From the NCBI RefSeq assembly GCF_006345805.1, contig NC_042997.1, forward strand, positions 196,850,001 to 196,914,000: DNA of 64,000 nucleotides, written 5' to 3'. Position 1 is the stretch's first letter, and each line of letters begins with the position of its first letter. Positions 25,303 through 40,650 of the stretch are shown here, one piece after another. Both the position numbers and the translations under genes were made by a program. The notes below the pieces were generated by a model. The model saw only the letters and a program-made list of their open reading frames with translations, was not told where the DNA came from and did no database searches. The stretch is from Octopus sinensis (lineage: Eukaryota).

Positions 25303-27385
25303 CGGGAAGCTTTATGAAAATAAACAAAAGACGAAGGCAGGTGGAATACAAACAAACAATTGTATAAGTATATATATATATAGATATACATACATACATA
25401 TATATATATGTATTTATGAATTATCTACACCAGTATGTATACATATAGTAGACACCCACATTTTTTCACATATACACACGCTTTCAGATACACACACTGT
25501 TATCCATATAATGTTTGTGTTTCGATATTTACATATGCATATATACACACGCACATATATCTGTATGCATATGTGCACACAAACACACACACACACATGC
25601 ACACATCCAAACACACCCAACGCTATTGTTGCAGAAAGGAAGGGGAATCTTTCACTCCTAGCTGCTGCGGAATTTTCGTTTATAATATTAATAATCTTGT
25701 TACTAAATAAATAAATAAATGCCATTCATCCATTTTATCTTTGCTTCTCTTTTCTCTTTTCTTTCTGTTTTTTTTTCTACCTCGGGTGAATATATCTGAT
25801 CGGAACACCTGAGGTAAATGCCATTACAAAGACATCAAACAGTCGCCTGCATTTATAATACCTGACCGAATTAAATGCGCATCGACACGAAATCATTTAC
25901 CTTCATTTGCATTTTCATAAAAGCTTTCCGGACATATGTTCACTTAGGTACGCGTGCGGTGCTTTGGAAGTTTGGCATGTGTAGGATCAATCACAAAGTA
26001 CGGTTATCTCCGACGCAATCTGTAATGCTTGTTTGCTTAAATGTTCATTCTTTAATTGTTGCGGTTTAGTGTTGATATTTGATCGTGTGTGTGTATTTGT
26101 TCCTCCCCAACGTCGCTTGACAGCCGATGCTGGTGTGTTTACGTCCCCGTCACTTAGCGGTTCGGCAAGAGAGGAGGCCGATAGAGTAAGTACTACGCTT
26201 ACAAAGAATAAGTCCTGGGGTCGATTTGCTCGACTAAAGGCGGTGCTCCAGCATGGCCGCAGTGAAATGGCTGAAAAAAAATAAAAGAAAAAAGAATGCA
26301 GTTTGTTCGATGCGTTACCAGCTATGCCACCTCACCTGTCTTAGTTTTCTGACGATAATAACCCTTTCTACTCTAGGCACGATACCTGAAATTTTGCGGG
26401 AGAGGGCTAGTTGTTTACATCGTCCTTCCTGTTTTAATTTTTGCTTGTTTTTCTCTCAACATCGCTTGACAACCGGTTTTGGTTTGTTTACGCCCCTGTA
26501 ACTTAGCGGTTCGGTAAAGGAGAACCGTTATTTTATACATGGGCAACGGCCTGAAGAATTTATAGACGAAGGAATCGAACCCTAGCACTTACATCATTTT
26601 TTGGAAACCTGGCTCTTATTTTATCTGTCAAGTTTTGCCGAACCGCTAAGTCTCGAAGACGTAAACACATCATCATAGGTTGTGAAGCGGGGGCGATAGA
26701 CGAGCACATAACCCCCCCACCACCACCACCACCACACACACACACACACATACATCCTGGTTATTGAACTGGTGAAATTGTTGTATGCCGAAGACCGGAA
26801 ATCACGGACCGTGAATAGGCCTTGCTCTTCTAACAACGAAGGGTATGGTATACGTCATTAGCTGTTTTAGTTGTGAAGCTTTCCGGTTAGGAGTCAGCCA
26901 TGTTTAAATATCATTCCAAATCTCGTTTTCGACTGGCTGGCGTGATGCTGGAAATAACTTTGAGCAGTAATGATAACGGTAATTATTACCACAATACAAT
27001 GTGTGTGTGTGTGTGTGTGTGTGTTTGTGTACAATGAGCGTCTTCCAGTTTCCTTCTGCCAAATGCACTCAGAAGTCTTTGGTCGGCCCGAGGATATAGC
27101 AAGGTGGTACTGAACCCAGATCATGTGGTTGGGAAGCAAGCTTTTTTACCACAGACTCACACCTGCACATATAAGCCACGCCTGCGCCTACGGATTTATA
27201 TATTGATGGAAAACAACTCTGTACAGTTGGTGAACTTTATTAGTCCTCCTCAGTAAAGCTATACTTCATAGGACTTGCTCAAGTATGGATGAAAGAATTG
27301 CAAACAATATGTACAATAGTTTGTAAGTAAATGTTATAAATGAATGGAGTCCTCTGGTGGACAGTTAGAAGTAGAAAGATAATCG

Positions 27386-27803
27386 AAGGTGGCGAGCTGG
27401 CAGAAACGTTAGCACGCCGGGCGAAATGCTTCGCGGTGTTTCGTCTGCCGTTACGTTCTGAGTTCAAATTCCGCCGAGGTCGACTTTGCCTTTCATCATT
27501 TCGGCGTCGATAAATTAAGTACCAGTTACGCACTGGGGTCGATATAATCGACTTAATCCGTTTGTGTGTCCTTGTTTGTCCTTTCTGTGTTTAGCCCCCT
27601 GTGGGTAGTAAAGAAATAGTTATTTCGTCTGCCGTTACGTTCTGAGTTCAAATTTCGCCGAGGTCGACCTTGCCTTTCATCCTTTCGGGGTCGATTAAAT
27701 AGGTACCAGTTACGCACTGGGGTAGATATAATCGACTTAATCCCTTTATCTGTCCTTATTTGTCCCCTCTATTTTTAGCCCCTTGTGGGCAATAAATAAA
27801 TAA
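27386..27803 (+). mobile_element. SINE family B, head plus two body units
   Basis: Collinear with 13319-13740. Confidence 0.9.
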
Positions 27804-29062
27804 GATGGTAGATAATCATTTCTAGCGGTATTAGAAATTTGAACCCCACACCACTAGGGTAAGTTACGCAGCATTACCTTCTGTAGAAGAAACATTAGCC
27901 ATGTTAACTACATTATATATATGCGTGTGAGTGTGCTACTTGCTTCATCTTCTTCTTATTTCTCCATCTTCTCTCGCACCCGTTTTCCTAATCTGCTTAA
28001 TTCTCCACTCATATTTCTTCTCCCTCTTTTCGTCTTTGCTTCGTGTTTCTCATCCCTCCATCCTCCTCCATCTCCGTTTCTCCTTCCTCTTCCACTCAGC
28101 CATCCTCGGTCTTTTTATCTACTGATCTTGAAATGCCACGTATTATCTCCTGCCAATATCTGCAAATCGATCTACAATATTTATTACAAAGCTCTCCTGT
28201 GGATCACCCCAGTTTCTCTAGCTATCCAGCTTAGAGAATGATTCTTTCCTAAGGATAATCAAGGATATTGATAATCCAGCTAGCAACTGTTAAATAATGA
28301 CCATTATCGCTTCTAAATAATTAAAAGTATTTAGTTAATAATGTATTGAGAGATATATAAATACCAGATCATGGAACGAGAGGATGAACTATCGGAATTC
28401 AATATTCTGATATGGGAAATGAAATGCCTAAAGACTGAAAGATCCCAAATAAATTAAATATTAAAAAGCCGTAAAATGTTGAAACCACGATGAAAAATAA
28501 TACTAAAGTAACATCTTCGTTTCCTTTCCATCAGTTTGTCAGGTTATAAAACTCGTAACCAGTTTAATTTCTGAATGTTTCAAAAATTATTGAAATATTT
28601 AGAGCAGCTTCATGGTTAATAAATAATGGTCGGTGTTGAAATGGGATTAAATTGTACTCTTTACGAATGTAGTAAAGTTTCGAACTGTTGAAGAATGCAA
28701 TTTTTAAACCCTAATTTTTAATGTAAAAGTTAGTATTTAACACATTTCATTTTGTTACTTTCGACCATAGGATTGCGACTCTATTGGGGCATTATTCGTC
28801 AGTGGTTTCTAGGTACATGTTTCCAGGTATATATATTTTATCACTTCTAATTGTTGTGCAGCTACGTACATATATGTATAACGTAGCTGGTCACCAGTTG
28901 CATATTTATTAACAGTTTCATTCAGCTTTAAATAAATTAAAGATTCATGGGCGCATATGGGACATTCATTTAACGAAATACAAGAAGCTCATCAGATACT
29001 GCTACTAACATATGTCGTAGGCGCCCTGAGCCAAAGATTTTATCAAACTCCAAGCGAATGTC

Positions 29063-29108
<46 letters not shown>

Positions 29109-31199
29109 CGTGTGTGTGTGTGTGTATGTATATATATTAGAAGAAATAAGGTACTCAGAAATCTGGATGGTTTTACATTTATAGATTTTTATTAATATGT
29201 CACATGTTTTTATATATCATATATTGGCGCTTGCATCTACTTTAGTAGAATCTCCAGATTTGAATATATATATAACACAAAGAGCTTCTCCAATGTTTCA
29301 GTCAACCAAATTCATTTTAGTAATTGTATGCGAACCATAGTAGAAAATTTTCTAAGTTTGTAGCCAAAGAAATGCCACCCGTAATCACTTGGTTGTGAAT
29401 CAAAATTCTAAATCACACAGCATCGCATGTTGCTTTTGGTTTCAAAATCCTTTTAATCCAAAGAAAATTCGTTCGAAAATTTGTTTGGTGCGGATGTGAA
29501 ACTGTAAATAGAGGATAGAATAATATGCTCTCACAGTCACAATATTGTATGTCTTCGTATTATTTGTCTTACTTCAGATATCTATTGTCGAATTTAAATC
29601 TGTTGGAGGCAAGATTATGATTACTAATTTACCTAAATGAAAGAAAATGTCTGAGGCAAAGCCATGATTAATAATTATCTCAAATATTTTTATTATGATT
29701 TGAAAACTTTTCTTTACTTGTAAATTATCATTATAATTTCAAATTGTTTGTATCGCCTGAAGCATCTTGTCATTTTTAAATTTTGTATTTTTAACCAAAG
29801 GCTATTTTCTTTGTTTATTTCCTTCTCAATACACATTTGTAAACTTTAAGATAAATTACTATTGTATAATATATAGGATTTTATGAAGATTCTCAGTTAG
29901 AAGCTCTAAGGCAAACTAGAAAATTAGAAGCGCAGACAGAATTTCTTTATTCTAAACTACGAAGTGACAAGCAATAAGAGAGACAATGAAATAATATAAA
30001 TAACTAATAACAAACACTTGACATTTAGAAGGAAAGATTAGAAAATAAGAAAGAATTTCGATATGAAAGTGAACTGTCTTGTTTATCCCATATCCTACTC
30101 ATATTAGTAGGATAAAATTATTCTAATATGTCAGCGAAATGTTATTGAGAGAAAGAGAATAAAATATTCGATATGTTATTGTATACACAAAATATCATAC
30201 ATTTGATACGATATTGTACATATCCTATAAAATAATTTTGAGATGGTATTGTAGACACACAATATAATTTTGATATTGTACACATACCATAAAAGAATTC
30301 TGATGCAGTATTGTATAGACACAATAATATTTTGTTATGATATTTTCAACTCGAAGACTTTACTTTTGAAAACTTCAATATAAGTAAAACTAGAATATAA
30401 TAGATCAAACACTGAGTGCATGGATTCAAAATTACACGTTTTAAATGATATAATATTTTAAAAGTTTAAAATATTGAATTTTGAATTCAGCATTTATTAA
30501 ATTTTCTTCTAATATTTATCTGTGGTCGAAATAAAAATCCGTCTAAAGCAAATATGTAGTTTTAACATTTCATACCAGTGTGTAATTATATTGGATATGA
30601 GAATAAAACAAAATGGTAAATAATTTTCTATTTCACAAGCTACTGCTGTATACATCTGAACCATTTTAGAATTATTTCAAAAAATTTTTGAAATATGTTT
30701 ATTCAACATTGTTGAGGTTTTCTGTTAGAGCAAACATGGCTAAACGTGATTGAATAAACATGATTGGGTGAAAATATAGTATTTCCTAGTTTTCTTCCTT
30801 TCTATTCACCAGTTCCATTATGCCTCACATTCAATTGCATAGAAATAGGTTCATGAATCTCAAAGAAAAATACTCAATGAAGAATATTTCCTCACTCTTT
30901 TCGCGTTCTCTTGTGGTAAGCGAAAAACTGATTCCGGATTTAAAAAACAGAAAAAAATAACAGAACCGTTAGAAATAGATATTGATAAAAAAAAAAACAG
31001 TTGAGGAGAAGATGAGAAATTTAATTGAAAAGTCAGAAAAGAGTAAGATTTCAATTCCTACCAATTTTCTTCATGTAAACTGAAAGCAATGAATATTAAT
31101 GCCAACATTTTCTGACATAATACATAACATTTTCCAAGATGCTCTGACGTAAAAAATATATTAACAGCAAATCATGCAATTCTAGTAATCTTTTTATGA

Positions 31200-31522
31200 G
31201 CAGCCAACTGGCTTCTGTACCTGAGACTCATAAAAGGGCACCATTCGAGCGTGATCGTTACACACGTCGCTTCACTGGCACCTGTACCGGTGGCACGGTA
31301 AGAAGATTCGAGCGAGGTCGTTGCCAGTACCGCCTGACTGGCCCCCGTGCCGGTGGCACATAAAAAGCACCCACTGCACTCGCGGAGTGGTTGGCGTTAG
31401 GAAGGGCATCCAGCTGTAGAAACTCTGCGAGATAAAGATAGGAGCCTGGTGCAGCCATCTGGCTCGCCAGCCCTTAGTCAAAATCGTCCAACTCATGCTA
31501 GCATGGAAAGCGGACATTAAAC

Positions 31523-31556
<34 letters not shown>
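31200..31556 (+). mobile_element. SINE/non-autonomous retroposon 3' part (family E) with RTE-like tail
   Basis: GGTTGGCGTTAGGAAGGGCATCCAGCTGTAGAAAC block, ending ATGGAAAGCGGACATTAAAC(GAT)n. RTE relationship is from recall, not from a search. Confidence 0.7.
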
Positions 31557-31558
<2 letters not shown>

Positions 31559-31928
31559 TGACTACTATTTTTTAATATTTATTTGTCTATGGCGTTCTTA
31601 AAATGGCAAGGAACGATCAACGCGAAAAAAACAATAATTTATTATAAATTCACTTGATAACAAGTCTGACAGCGATAAAAAAGAATCACTTATGAACAGA
31701 TTCTATATCGTGTTCATAATCTTGGCAATAACATTGGCCATCGAGTGAGTATCTCGTCCAAAGTGAAACTAAATCCTCGCTAAGCACAAATCAATATTCG
31801 CTCGCGAGGCCTTCTAAGGACAGTTTCACTAAAGTCACCTAACATCTTTGACAAAAATTTATGAAGAGATTATGAAACATACAAGTCACATTTTCCTTTA
31901 ATTTGGATTTTCTAGCCGAAATAGTTTG

Positions 31929-31968
<40 letters not shown>

Positions 31969-32030
31969 CCCTTACACACACACACATATTCATAAAGGAA
32001 TGTATGCTTATATACATATATAAGTATATG

Positions 32031-32074
<44 letters not shown>

Positions 32075-32087
32075 ATATAAATATATA

Positions 32088-32406
32088 AAATTAATTAAGG
32101 GTAGAAATTGATATTTATCAATTAAAACCAGTGGTCTAGCATATTAAAAAAGAATCCGAAGATTAAAATATTTATATATACCAATTAAGGACTGAACACG
32201 AAAAGTGGACAGTCAACATGCTAGATATAGACGTCAAATCGCCATTCTCCACAAAGATTATGTTCTCAAATAAAACTCAGCACATGAACCTATTTTGTGC
32301 TGAGTTTGATTTGAGAACATAATCTTTGTGGAGAATGGCGATTTGACGTCTATATCTAGCAAGTTGACTGTCCACTTTTCGTGTTCAGTCCTTAATTGGT
32401 ATATAT
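32088..32406. mobile_element. (TA)n-embedded fold-back cassette H5 (inverted repeat 32174-32406 plus left tail)
   Basis: Arms of about 110 bp, near-perfect (ccaattaagg..actcagcaca / tgtgctgagt..ccttaattgg). Confidence 0.7.
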
Positions 32407-32609
32407 ATATTAATATATATGTATGTGCGTATGTGTGTGTGCAATCACCGCCACATACAGAAAGATACTCATATACAAAAACCCAACTCGCATACAGGCA
32501 CCGAATTCGGTGCGATATGTTTATTTATTGTAGTAGTTTTGACTTTAAGAGTCCCTCCTAGCGTGTGGCATTTATGTGTAATAATGCCCTCTCTCTCTAT
32601 ATATATATA

Positions 32610-32645
<36 letters not shown>

Positions 32646-32648
<3 letters not shown>

Positions 32649-32906
32649 AGTAGTAAGACGTGAAAAACCTACAGAAGGCTTGTTTTAAAAGGTTAAAAAA
32701 TATATATTTGAGTCATTATGTCTGAAGAATGTTCTAAATTTTTTTCATACAATGACATAGTTTTTCAAAAAAATTTATAACATTCTTCAGACATAATGAC
32801 TCAAATACATATTTTTTAACCTTTTAAAACAAGCCTTCTGTAGTTTTTTCACTCTTTGCTATTTTCTATATATTCAACCACGTACTTTCACACACCAACT
32901 TTCTCA

Positions 32907-32908
<2 letters not shown>
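32646..32908. mobile_element. (TA)n-embedded fold-back cassette H6 (inverted repeat 32660-32852 plus right tail)
   Basis: ctacagaaggcttgttttaaaaggttaaaaaa / ttttttaaccttttaaaacaagccttctgtag; (TA)n on both sides. Confidence 0.7.
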
Positions 32909-32978
<70 letters not shown>

Positions 32979-35189
32979 TATATACATATATATATATACA
33001 TATATTTATATATACATATATTTATATATACATATACAGATATAAATATCTATACATATACATAGGTATATATCCATATACATACATACCTACATATACA
33101 CACATACATATATAATTTCTGATAAAGAAGAAAAGGAGAATGTTTAATACATCCTTCGAAATTACTTATTGTGCTAGAAATGAAATGCTTAATTCTTTGC
33201 TCATAGACACTTATACTTATAAACAAATAAATATCAGTAAAACAGAACATAGGTTTGGTAATATTGATTCGTTATAACTAGGCACAGATTCGTAAGAATT
33301 TAGAAAGGAGAAATATATTCACAAGAAAGTGGAAGATTAAGAACATAAGTCAACGGAAATTGGTTCATCAAAGAACCTAGATCACATTGATTGCTAGGTT
33401 CAGTCGAAAATTTGTTCTTACTCTACAGATCGTCAACAACATCCATAACCCCTTTAAAACATGATTGGATTGTATAAACGATAATACTATAAGATATTGT
33501 TAGATGTCTTTTAGAAAATGAAATCGTGATGTTCATAGTCTTTTCAAGATTATTAGTAATGCATTGCGAGCAATTCCAATTTTAACCCTAAGCTGCAACA
33601 TGGAAACGAGAACGGTTCTTTGAACGGTTTTAGATTCTATTTATGTCGGATATATATATATACATACATTCACGCACAAGTTTACATGTAGGTTGAATGC
33701 ATATGCACATATATACAAATATATATATATATATATATATAGTTCATTTGTTTCACATCCGTTTTATATACATATATATACATATATATAATATATACAT
33801 GTATATTCATATATATATATACTTGTATACTTATGTGTGTATATATATATACATGTATTTTTACACACGCACACACACACACACACATATATATATATTC
33901 ACATATACATATATTTATATGCATTGAAATATATGGAAAGATATATATATATATATATAATATATATACACACACATACATATATTTATATGCACTGAAA
34001 TATATGGGTATATATATATATATATATATATAATGGCTTTCTCTGGAAGTTTTGTTAACTGCAGTTTCGGAAAGTAACGTATGAATGAAGAGAGATGATG
34101 CCGTGCTCTTTGATGTCTGAGCATTTGCGGCAAACTTTTATGAAAATCATTTTCTCCCTGCCTTCAACTTTTAGTGAATAACATTTTATTGCAAGCCAAA
34201 TATATTCAAACGATTGGACATCGTTAGAGATACAACCAGGAGCCTCATAAATTTGTAAATTAACAGTATTTAAACATATTGATACATGGAAATAGTGACA
34301 GTACGATTTTTATTTACAGATGCGAAGTACAAATATATCAGAGCTATTGATTTTATTGATGGAAGTCATATTTCACAAAACTCATATCAGACAAGAGACG
34401 CATCTGTAATGTGTTTGGTGGTATGTTGCTGCAACCCTTCTCTTCATTGAGCAGAAATATGATATGATCAAAGACGTTCTGTTAGTGACCATTATGCATT
34501 GTGCCAAACAATGTCTGTAGGCCAACATCATTTAATGCGTCCGTAGTGTCTGAAGCTGTGAGATTAAATGTTATTTGAGGAATACCTGGCTGTCACTTCT
34601 AGGAGATGCTTGTTCTAGTTATACGCTACGTTAATTAAAATATACTTTATGGTGAGTTAAGCAAAGTATGTTTGAAGCAGAGGGAAATCTACACGTAGAC
34701 TTTAGAAATGATATTGTCTAGAACTGATGAAGGCTATACATACATGCATGCATGTATGCATGCATGCGTAAAAGAAAACATACAAACCTGCACGCATACA
34801 TGCATACAATGTTACCCTGTTGATGTCGTTGAAATTCCAATGAAGGAGCTTTGGATGTAGGTTAGAAACCAGCTCTTTCAAGATGTTAAGACATCTTGAA
34901 AAAATCTGAATAATGACATACATACATACTCTCGAAACGCAGAGTAGATGAAACCATGGCGACTGAAGAAGGGGAATTTTCCTTGTGTTATTTGTCCTGT
35001 ACTCTATTTTTTCGTTGTTTAAGAAAAATGTCCAGTTCCTTGGTTTTGTGTTTATGTTTTCGTTTCTCATTGTGTTCGACGTTTTTTTGGTGTCCTGTAG
35101 CCATAAATGCATGTATATATACATGTAGATGTAGGTACGTACATATATGTATGTATGCATATGTTTTATTTTCTAATTTGTTATTACAA

Positions 35190-35232
<43 letters not shown>

Positions 35233-35250
35233 ATATATAATATATATATA

Positions 35251-35282
<32 letters not shown>

Positions 35283-35705
35283 GCTGTGAAGTATTCCTAC
35301 ACTTTGAAATACATTGAATATGAACACTGAACTTTGAAATTTGTACTCTCTTACTTGGTTATATATATATATATATATATACACGTTTGTGTGTGTGATT
35401 GAAAACGCAAGTTAAATTTGATTTACAGTATTTTACTTTCGTTTCTTCCGATTCTGTTGCTAGTTTCTCTGCTATCTATATTTGAAATCTGCTCGTGTCT
35501 GGATTGAAAAAAAAACAGTCTAGTCATTTGACATGCTTAGCTAATATATGTAGCCTACTCCAGGGCTGGGTTCATATCTCAGGTAAAAAAAAATTATCTT
35601 AAATCTAATCTATCATATGTATGCGAGTACACATGTGTTTGATTGCATGAGGTATAGAACTGTGCGTTAATTTTTCCACGCGTATTTGTGTATGCGCGTA
35701 AGTAT

Positions 35706-36111
35706 CTCTCTTTTTCTCTCTTTTACTTGTTTCAGTCATTTGACTGCGGCCATGCTGGAGCACCGCCTTTAATCGAGCAACTCGACCCCGGGACTTATTC
35801 TTTGTAAGCCCAGTACTTATTCTATCGGTCTCTTTTTTGCCGAACCGCTAAGTGACGGGGACGTAAACACACCAGCATCGGTTGTCAAGCGATGCTAGGG
35901 GGACAAACACAGACACACAAACAGACACATATATATATACATATATACGACAGGCTTCTTTCAGTTTCCGTCTACAAAATCCACTCACAAGGCATTGGTC
36001 GGCCCGGGGCTATAGCAGAAGACACTTGCCCAAGATGCCACGCAGTGGGACTGAACCCGGAACCATGTGGTTGGTTAGTAAGCTACTTACCACACAGCCA
36101 CTCCTGCGCCT
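35706..36111 (-). mobile_element. SINE family A, full length
   Basis: Near-identical to 9566-9984 and to the reverse complement of 60666-61050. Confidence 0.92.
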
Positions 36112-37883
36112 ATGTTTCAAATTAATTAAACTTGGAGTTGCACTGTCTGTAGCATTTTAAAGTCTGGTTGCACCCATTCCTATACAACCCCATTCATCTA
36201 CATTCTCATACAGACTTCAAAACGTAAAATAATTAATTGGAATAGGGGCTGTTAATAGAACAAAGACGTAGATAGTTCAGTCTCATATTAGACCTGTCAA
36301 TGAAACGTTATGATTTCGTTCACGTTTGTATATTCATAGGTGTGTATAGGAATAAAAAAAGGGTGAATTAAAGTGGGGAAAGGACAAATGACCAAATAAA
36401 ACGAGATCGAATAAAATTGATAGTGTGAAATGACAAAGATAAAATATAAGTGATGACTAATGAACTGTTGACTGAATGGTAAAGCGTCGAAGATTCCGTG
36501 GTGCAGAGGCATTATTTTGAGTAGTGATATTTATTAAAAGCGGTTTGTAGTTGTTAGGACAAACATTTTAAGCTCGTGGATCCAATCACCGTGTTAGCAA
36601 GGCCTTTCTCCCACACTGTTGTGCATGTCAGTGAATCGTGTGTCAATAGAATTATACTGGACTGAACCTCGTTTAATGGACGGGACATAAGTTTATCATG
36701 AGCATGTAATCCTTGGGATCAGAGTGTGTAACAGTGCGTGTCTTATAAATGGATGAGATTGTTGCAGGAATTCTGTCATTGTTAGGCAAGGCTGTTTAGA
36801 CTACTTAGGATCACAAATACTCAACCACAATAAAATATCCAGAATCAATGTACAGTTATTCCAACGTGGATGCAGTTTCTAAAACACTCCTGCTACTGAA
36901 TATCAATAACCACGAAAACAAGCTGGTGAATAGAACAGATGGTTTAGACACGAATTCGATGAAAAAAAGGTATAGTGGCAGTAGCGAAAGCACAGTCAAA
37001 GTCGGCCGCCACATATTTATTAATTGTCATATAGAGAACGGCGTAACTTCTCGCTAAATTTACATTGCTTCTGTTTATACTATATGAGGCTGGGTTGTCT
37101 GAAGAAAGCTCTTAGTCAAATGCAATCGATTAATATTTTTTCGGTTAAATGAAATATCTATAGTGATAAGGCCTCAACCCGTATACGCTGATATGTGCTA
37201 TCGCACCCACGTAACATGTAAGGGAATGGGAAAATATGACAACACAAAGGTTACATATAAGAAGAGGAGTGTGTTTGAAGCCGTGTCTTACAAATAAAAT
37301 TTTTCTAACTCTAAAATATTCTTTCGCTGGCATCATTTAAGCACCACTCCATTGGGAGATAATAACAGCAGGCAAAAAATAGAGCAGAGCAGAGTCCATT
37401 CGACATGCCTCATTGTGTACTCTTATTACATACAGACCACCAACGCACAATTATATCCATGTTCACACACACACACACACACACATGTAATAAAAGAAGA
37501 TCTGGCACAGGAGAATGTACAAAGCAACTGCAAAGCACATATATAGTGGACGCGGACGAGCTGAAAACTGATGGAGCTAGCGCACGTCCATTATGTGTCT
37601 ATTCTTGTTATTCTACATGTTCCCCTGTGTCAGAATGTTTATTATTGATTATTTAACTCCACACGCATTATTAGGTTCATTAGCACGCCGGGCAAAGTGC
37701 TAAGTGGCATTTCATCTTTCCGTTCTGAGTTCAAATTCTGGCCAGGTCGATTTTGCCTTTCATCCTCAAGTATCAGTTGAGCACTAAGTTCGATTTAATC
37801 AACTTAGCTTCTTCTCCACAGGTGGTCCTCCCGTACTAAAATTTGAAACCATTCTTCTTCTTTTTCGTATTAATATTATTTTG

Positions 37884-37917
<34 letters not shown>

Positions 37918-37945
37918 TTATATACCTATATACATACGTTTAATC

Positions 37946-38150
37946 CAATTCAATTCAATTTTTATTGGCTCAAAAATAAAAAGCAATGCCATGTAGGGGG
38001 ACAGGGAGTTATGTACAGGAGGGTGGTCATACAAAGAGTTCAGGCCATTTCTGGTCAAGAGAGACTTTGAACCGAGCGGCGGTCGGCATCATCACTATCT
38101 CGTCCGGCAGCTTATTCGACGGATCCGCTACCCGGATGGAGAAAGCCGTG
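37946..38150 (-). mobile_element. CR1-type LINE extreme 3' fragment
   Basis: FSIRVADPSNKLPDEIV..FKVSLDQKW matches the CR1 ORF2 C-terminal pattern (FS.RV...WN.LP..V....FK..LD); (ATTGA)n tail. Confidence 0.75.
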
Positions 38151-39027
38151 TAGTAGTATATGCATATATACATGCATACATATTTATATACATACATACA
38201 TAAGTACATTCATCCATACATGCCTATATATATATATGTGTGTGTCTGTGTGTGTAAGGACAATCATTCAATCTTTAAACTCCATTCTGTCAACACCTCA
38301 AATGTAAAGTTCTTCCTTGAAGACGGGCGCAGGTGGCATCCGACGATGGAATCAAGCTGCAATCATTATTTTGAACCACCAAGCCCCAAAAAACAGCTGT
38401 TAGACTCGAAAAACTCCAACTCAACCCACTCAATTCCTGATATCATTTCCATTCTGCATAAGTCGGATTTTGTTACATGTTTTAAATTACTCGTGCACAC
38501 ACACACATTATCATGACTGTTTTTTTCACAAAGCTTAGAAACATATAATCTGCAAAGGTCTGCTACCTGAAATATTTCTGATAAGTTACATATAATAGAT
38601 ATTCATTAGAAGAAAGATCCTTGACAGGTTAGAAAAGCAGAAAAGCAGTAAACTACTTGAGACGGATAATGTAAACGGGGAAATAGCGTATGTATACGAT
38701 TTGGCTGAAATAGCATTTGTTTCTACACTGCCTACTCAATTCTCTTAGACACCTGTGCTTCTGGGAATAGGAATTGTGATGCATTGTTGTCCTTTATACA
38801 CTAAGAAATGATTTATCTCCTGAAATGTACTCGAAATGAAGCTACGCAAATATACATCACTTCAGTTGCTGAGACACTCATCAATCTGCAAATATATATT
38901 TGCATCCGCACATATTAACATCAGTCAGGATGCATACACACGCGCGCAAACACACACATGTCTGTATGTATATAAATATTCGTATCCGCACTTATTAATA
39001 TCAATCAGGATGCACACAGACACATCT

Positions 39028-39028
39028 G

Positions 39029-39074
<46 letters not shown>

Positions 39075-39370
39075 ATATATGTGCATATATACACATATAT
39101 ATATACATATATATATACATATATATACACATATATATACATATATATACACATATATATACATATATATATACATATATATATATACCACATATATACA
39201 CACATATATATACATATATATATACATATATATATACATATATATATATACACACATATATACACACATATATACATACATACATATATATATATACACA
39301 CATATATACATACATACATATATATATACACACATATATACACATATATATACATATATATATACATAAA

Positions 39371-39406
<36 letters not shown>

Positions 39407-39412
39407 CATACA

Positions 39413-39462
<50 letters not shown>

Positions 39463-39465
39463 CAC
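39028..39465. repeat. (TA)n/(TACA)n compound microsatellite
   Basis: Read directly. Confidence 0.95.
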
Positions 39466-40095
39466 GTACGTACGCATACACTTTTATATGTGATTAGTAG
39501 ATTACAGGGACAGTACCTGATGGATAGATAAACGTACATTTGCATATAGACAGAAAAAAATCATGTTATGAAATAAATATGCATTTATCCATACACCAGT
39601 TTACCTCTTCAATTCAATGAAAGGCCACTCCAGAAGATGATGTTTCAAACTATACAAAATTTCCTGCTGATTGTTATTATTATTATTATTATTATTACTA
39701 TTATTATTGTGGTTGTTGTTGTTATTGTTCAGTCATTCATTACCTACTAGATTATCTTTTATACGTAAACGCAGCAATTCAGTAGGCTTCCGGTTGATAT
39801 ATCAACTAATATTTACTCTTAGTGGGCGATGATAAATGTTAAATGTCATAGTTAACCTTCTCGCGTTATACAGCATGACTTAGAGTCAGATAATTCCAGC
39901 GATAGCCAAAAGGGGAAAACAAAAAGCAAAAAAATATTAAGTGTATAAATGCTAAAAGGAATACAACCACAACGAACATATGCCATGTTTAAACATTTTC
40001 TAAAACGCACACGTATCTGTTTGCTTTAGGGTAATATCTTAAACTTTAATATTGATCCTGATGTTATAACAACAAATATAACTTTGGCAATTAAC

Positions 40096-40650
<555 letters not shown>

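Noticed and set aside
25778-25816. 11-bp hairpin containing TGAGGTA (let-7 seed)
   Set aside because: The rest does not match let-7 and the stem is too short for a pre-miRNA.
32722-32745. CTGAAGA in hairpin H6 as a hammerhead core
   Set aside because: No downstream GAAA/UH elements or stems.
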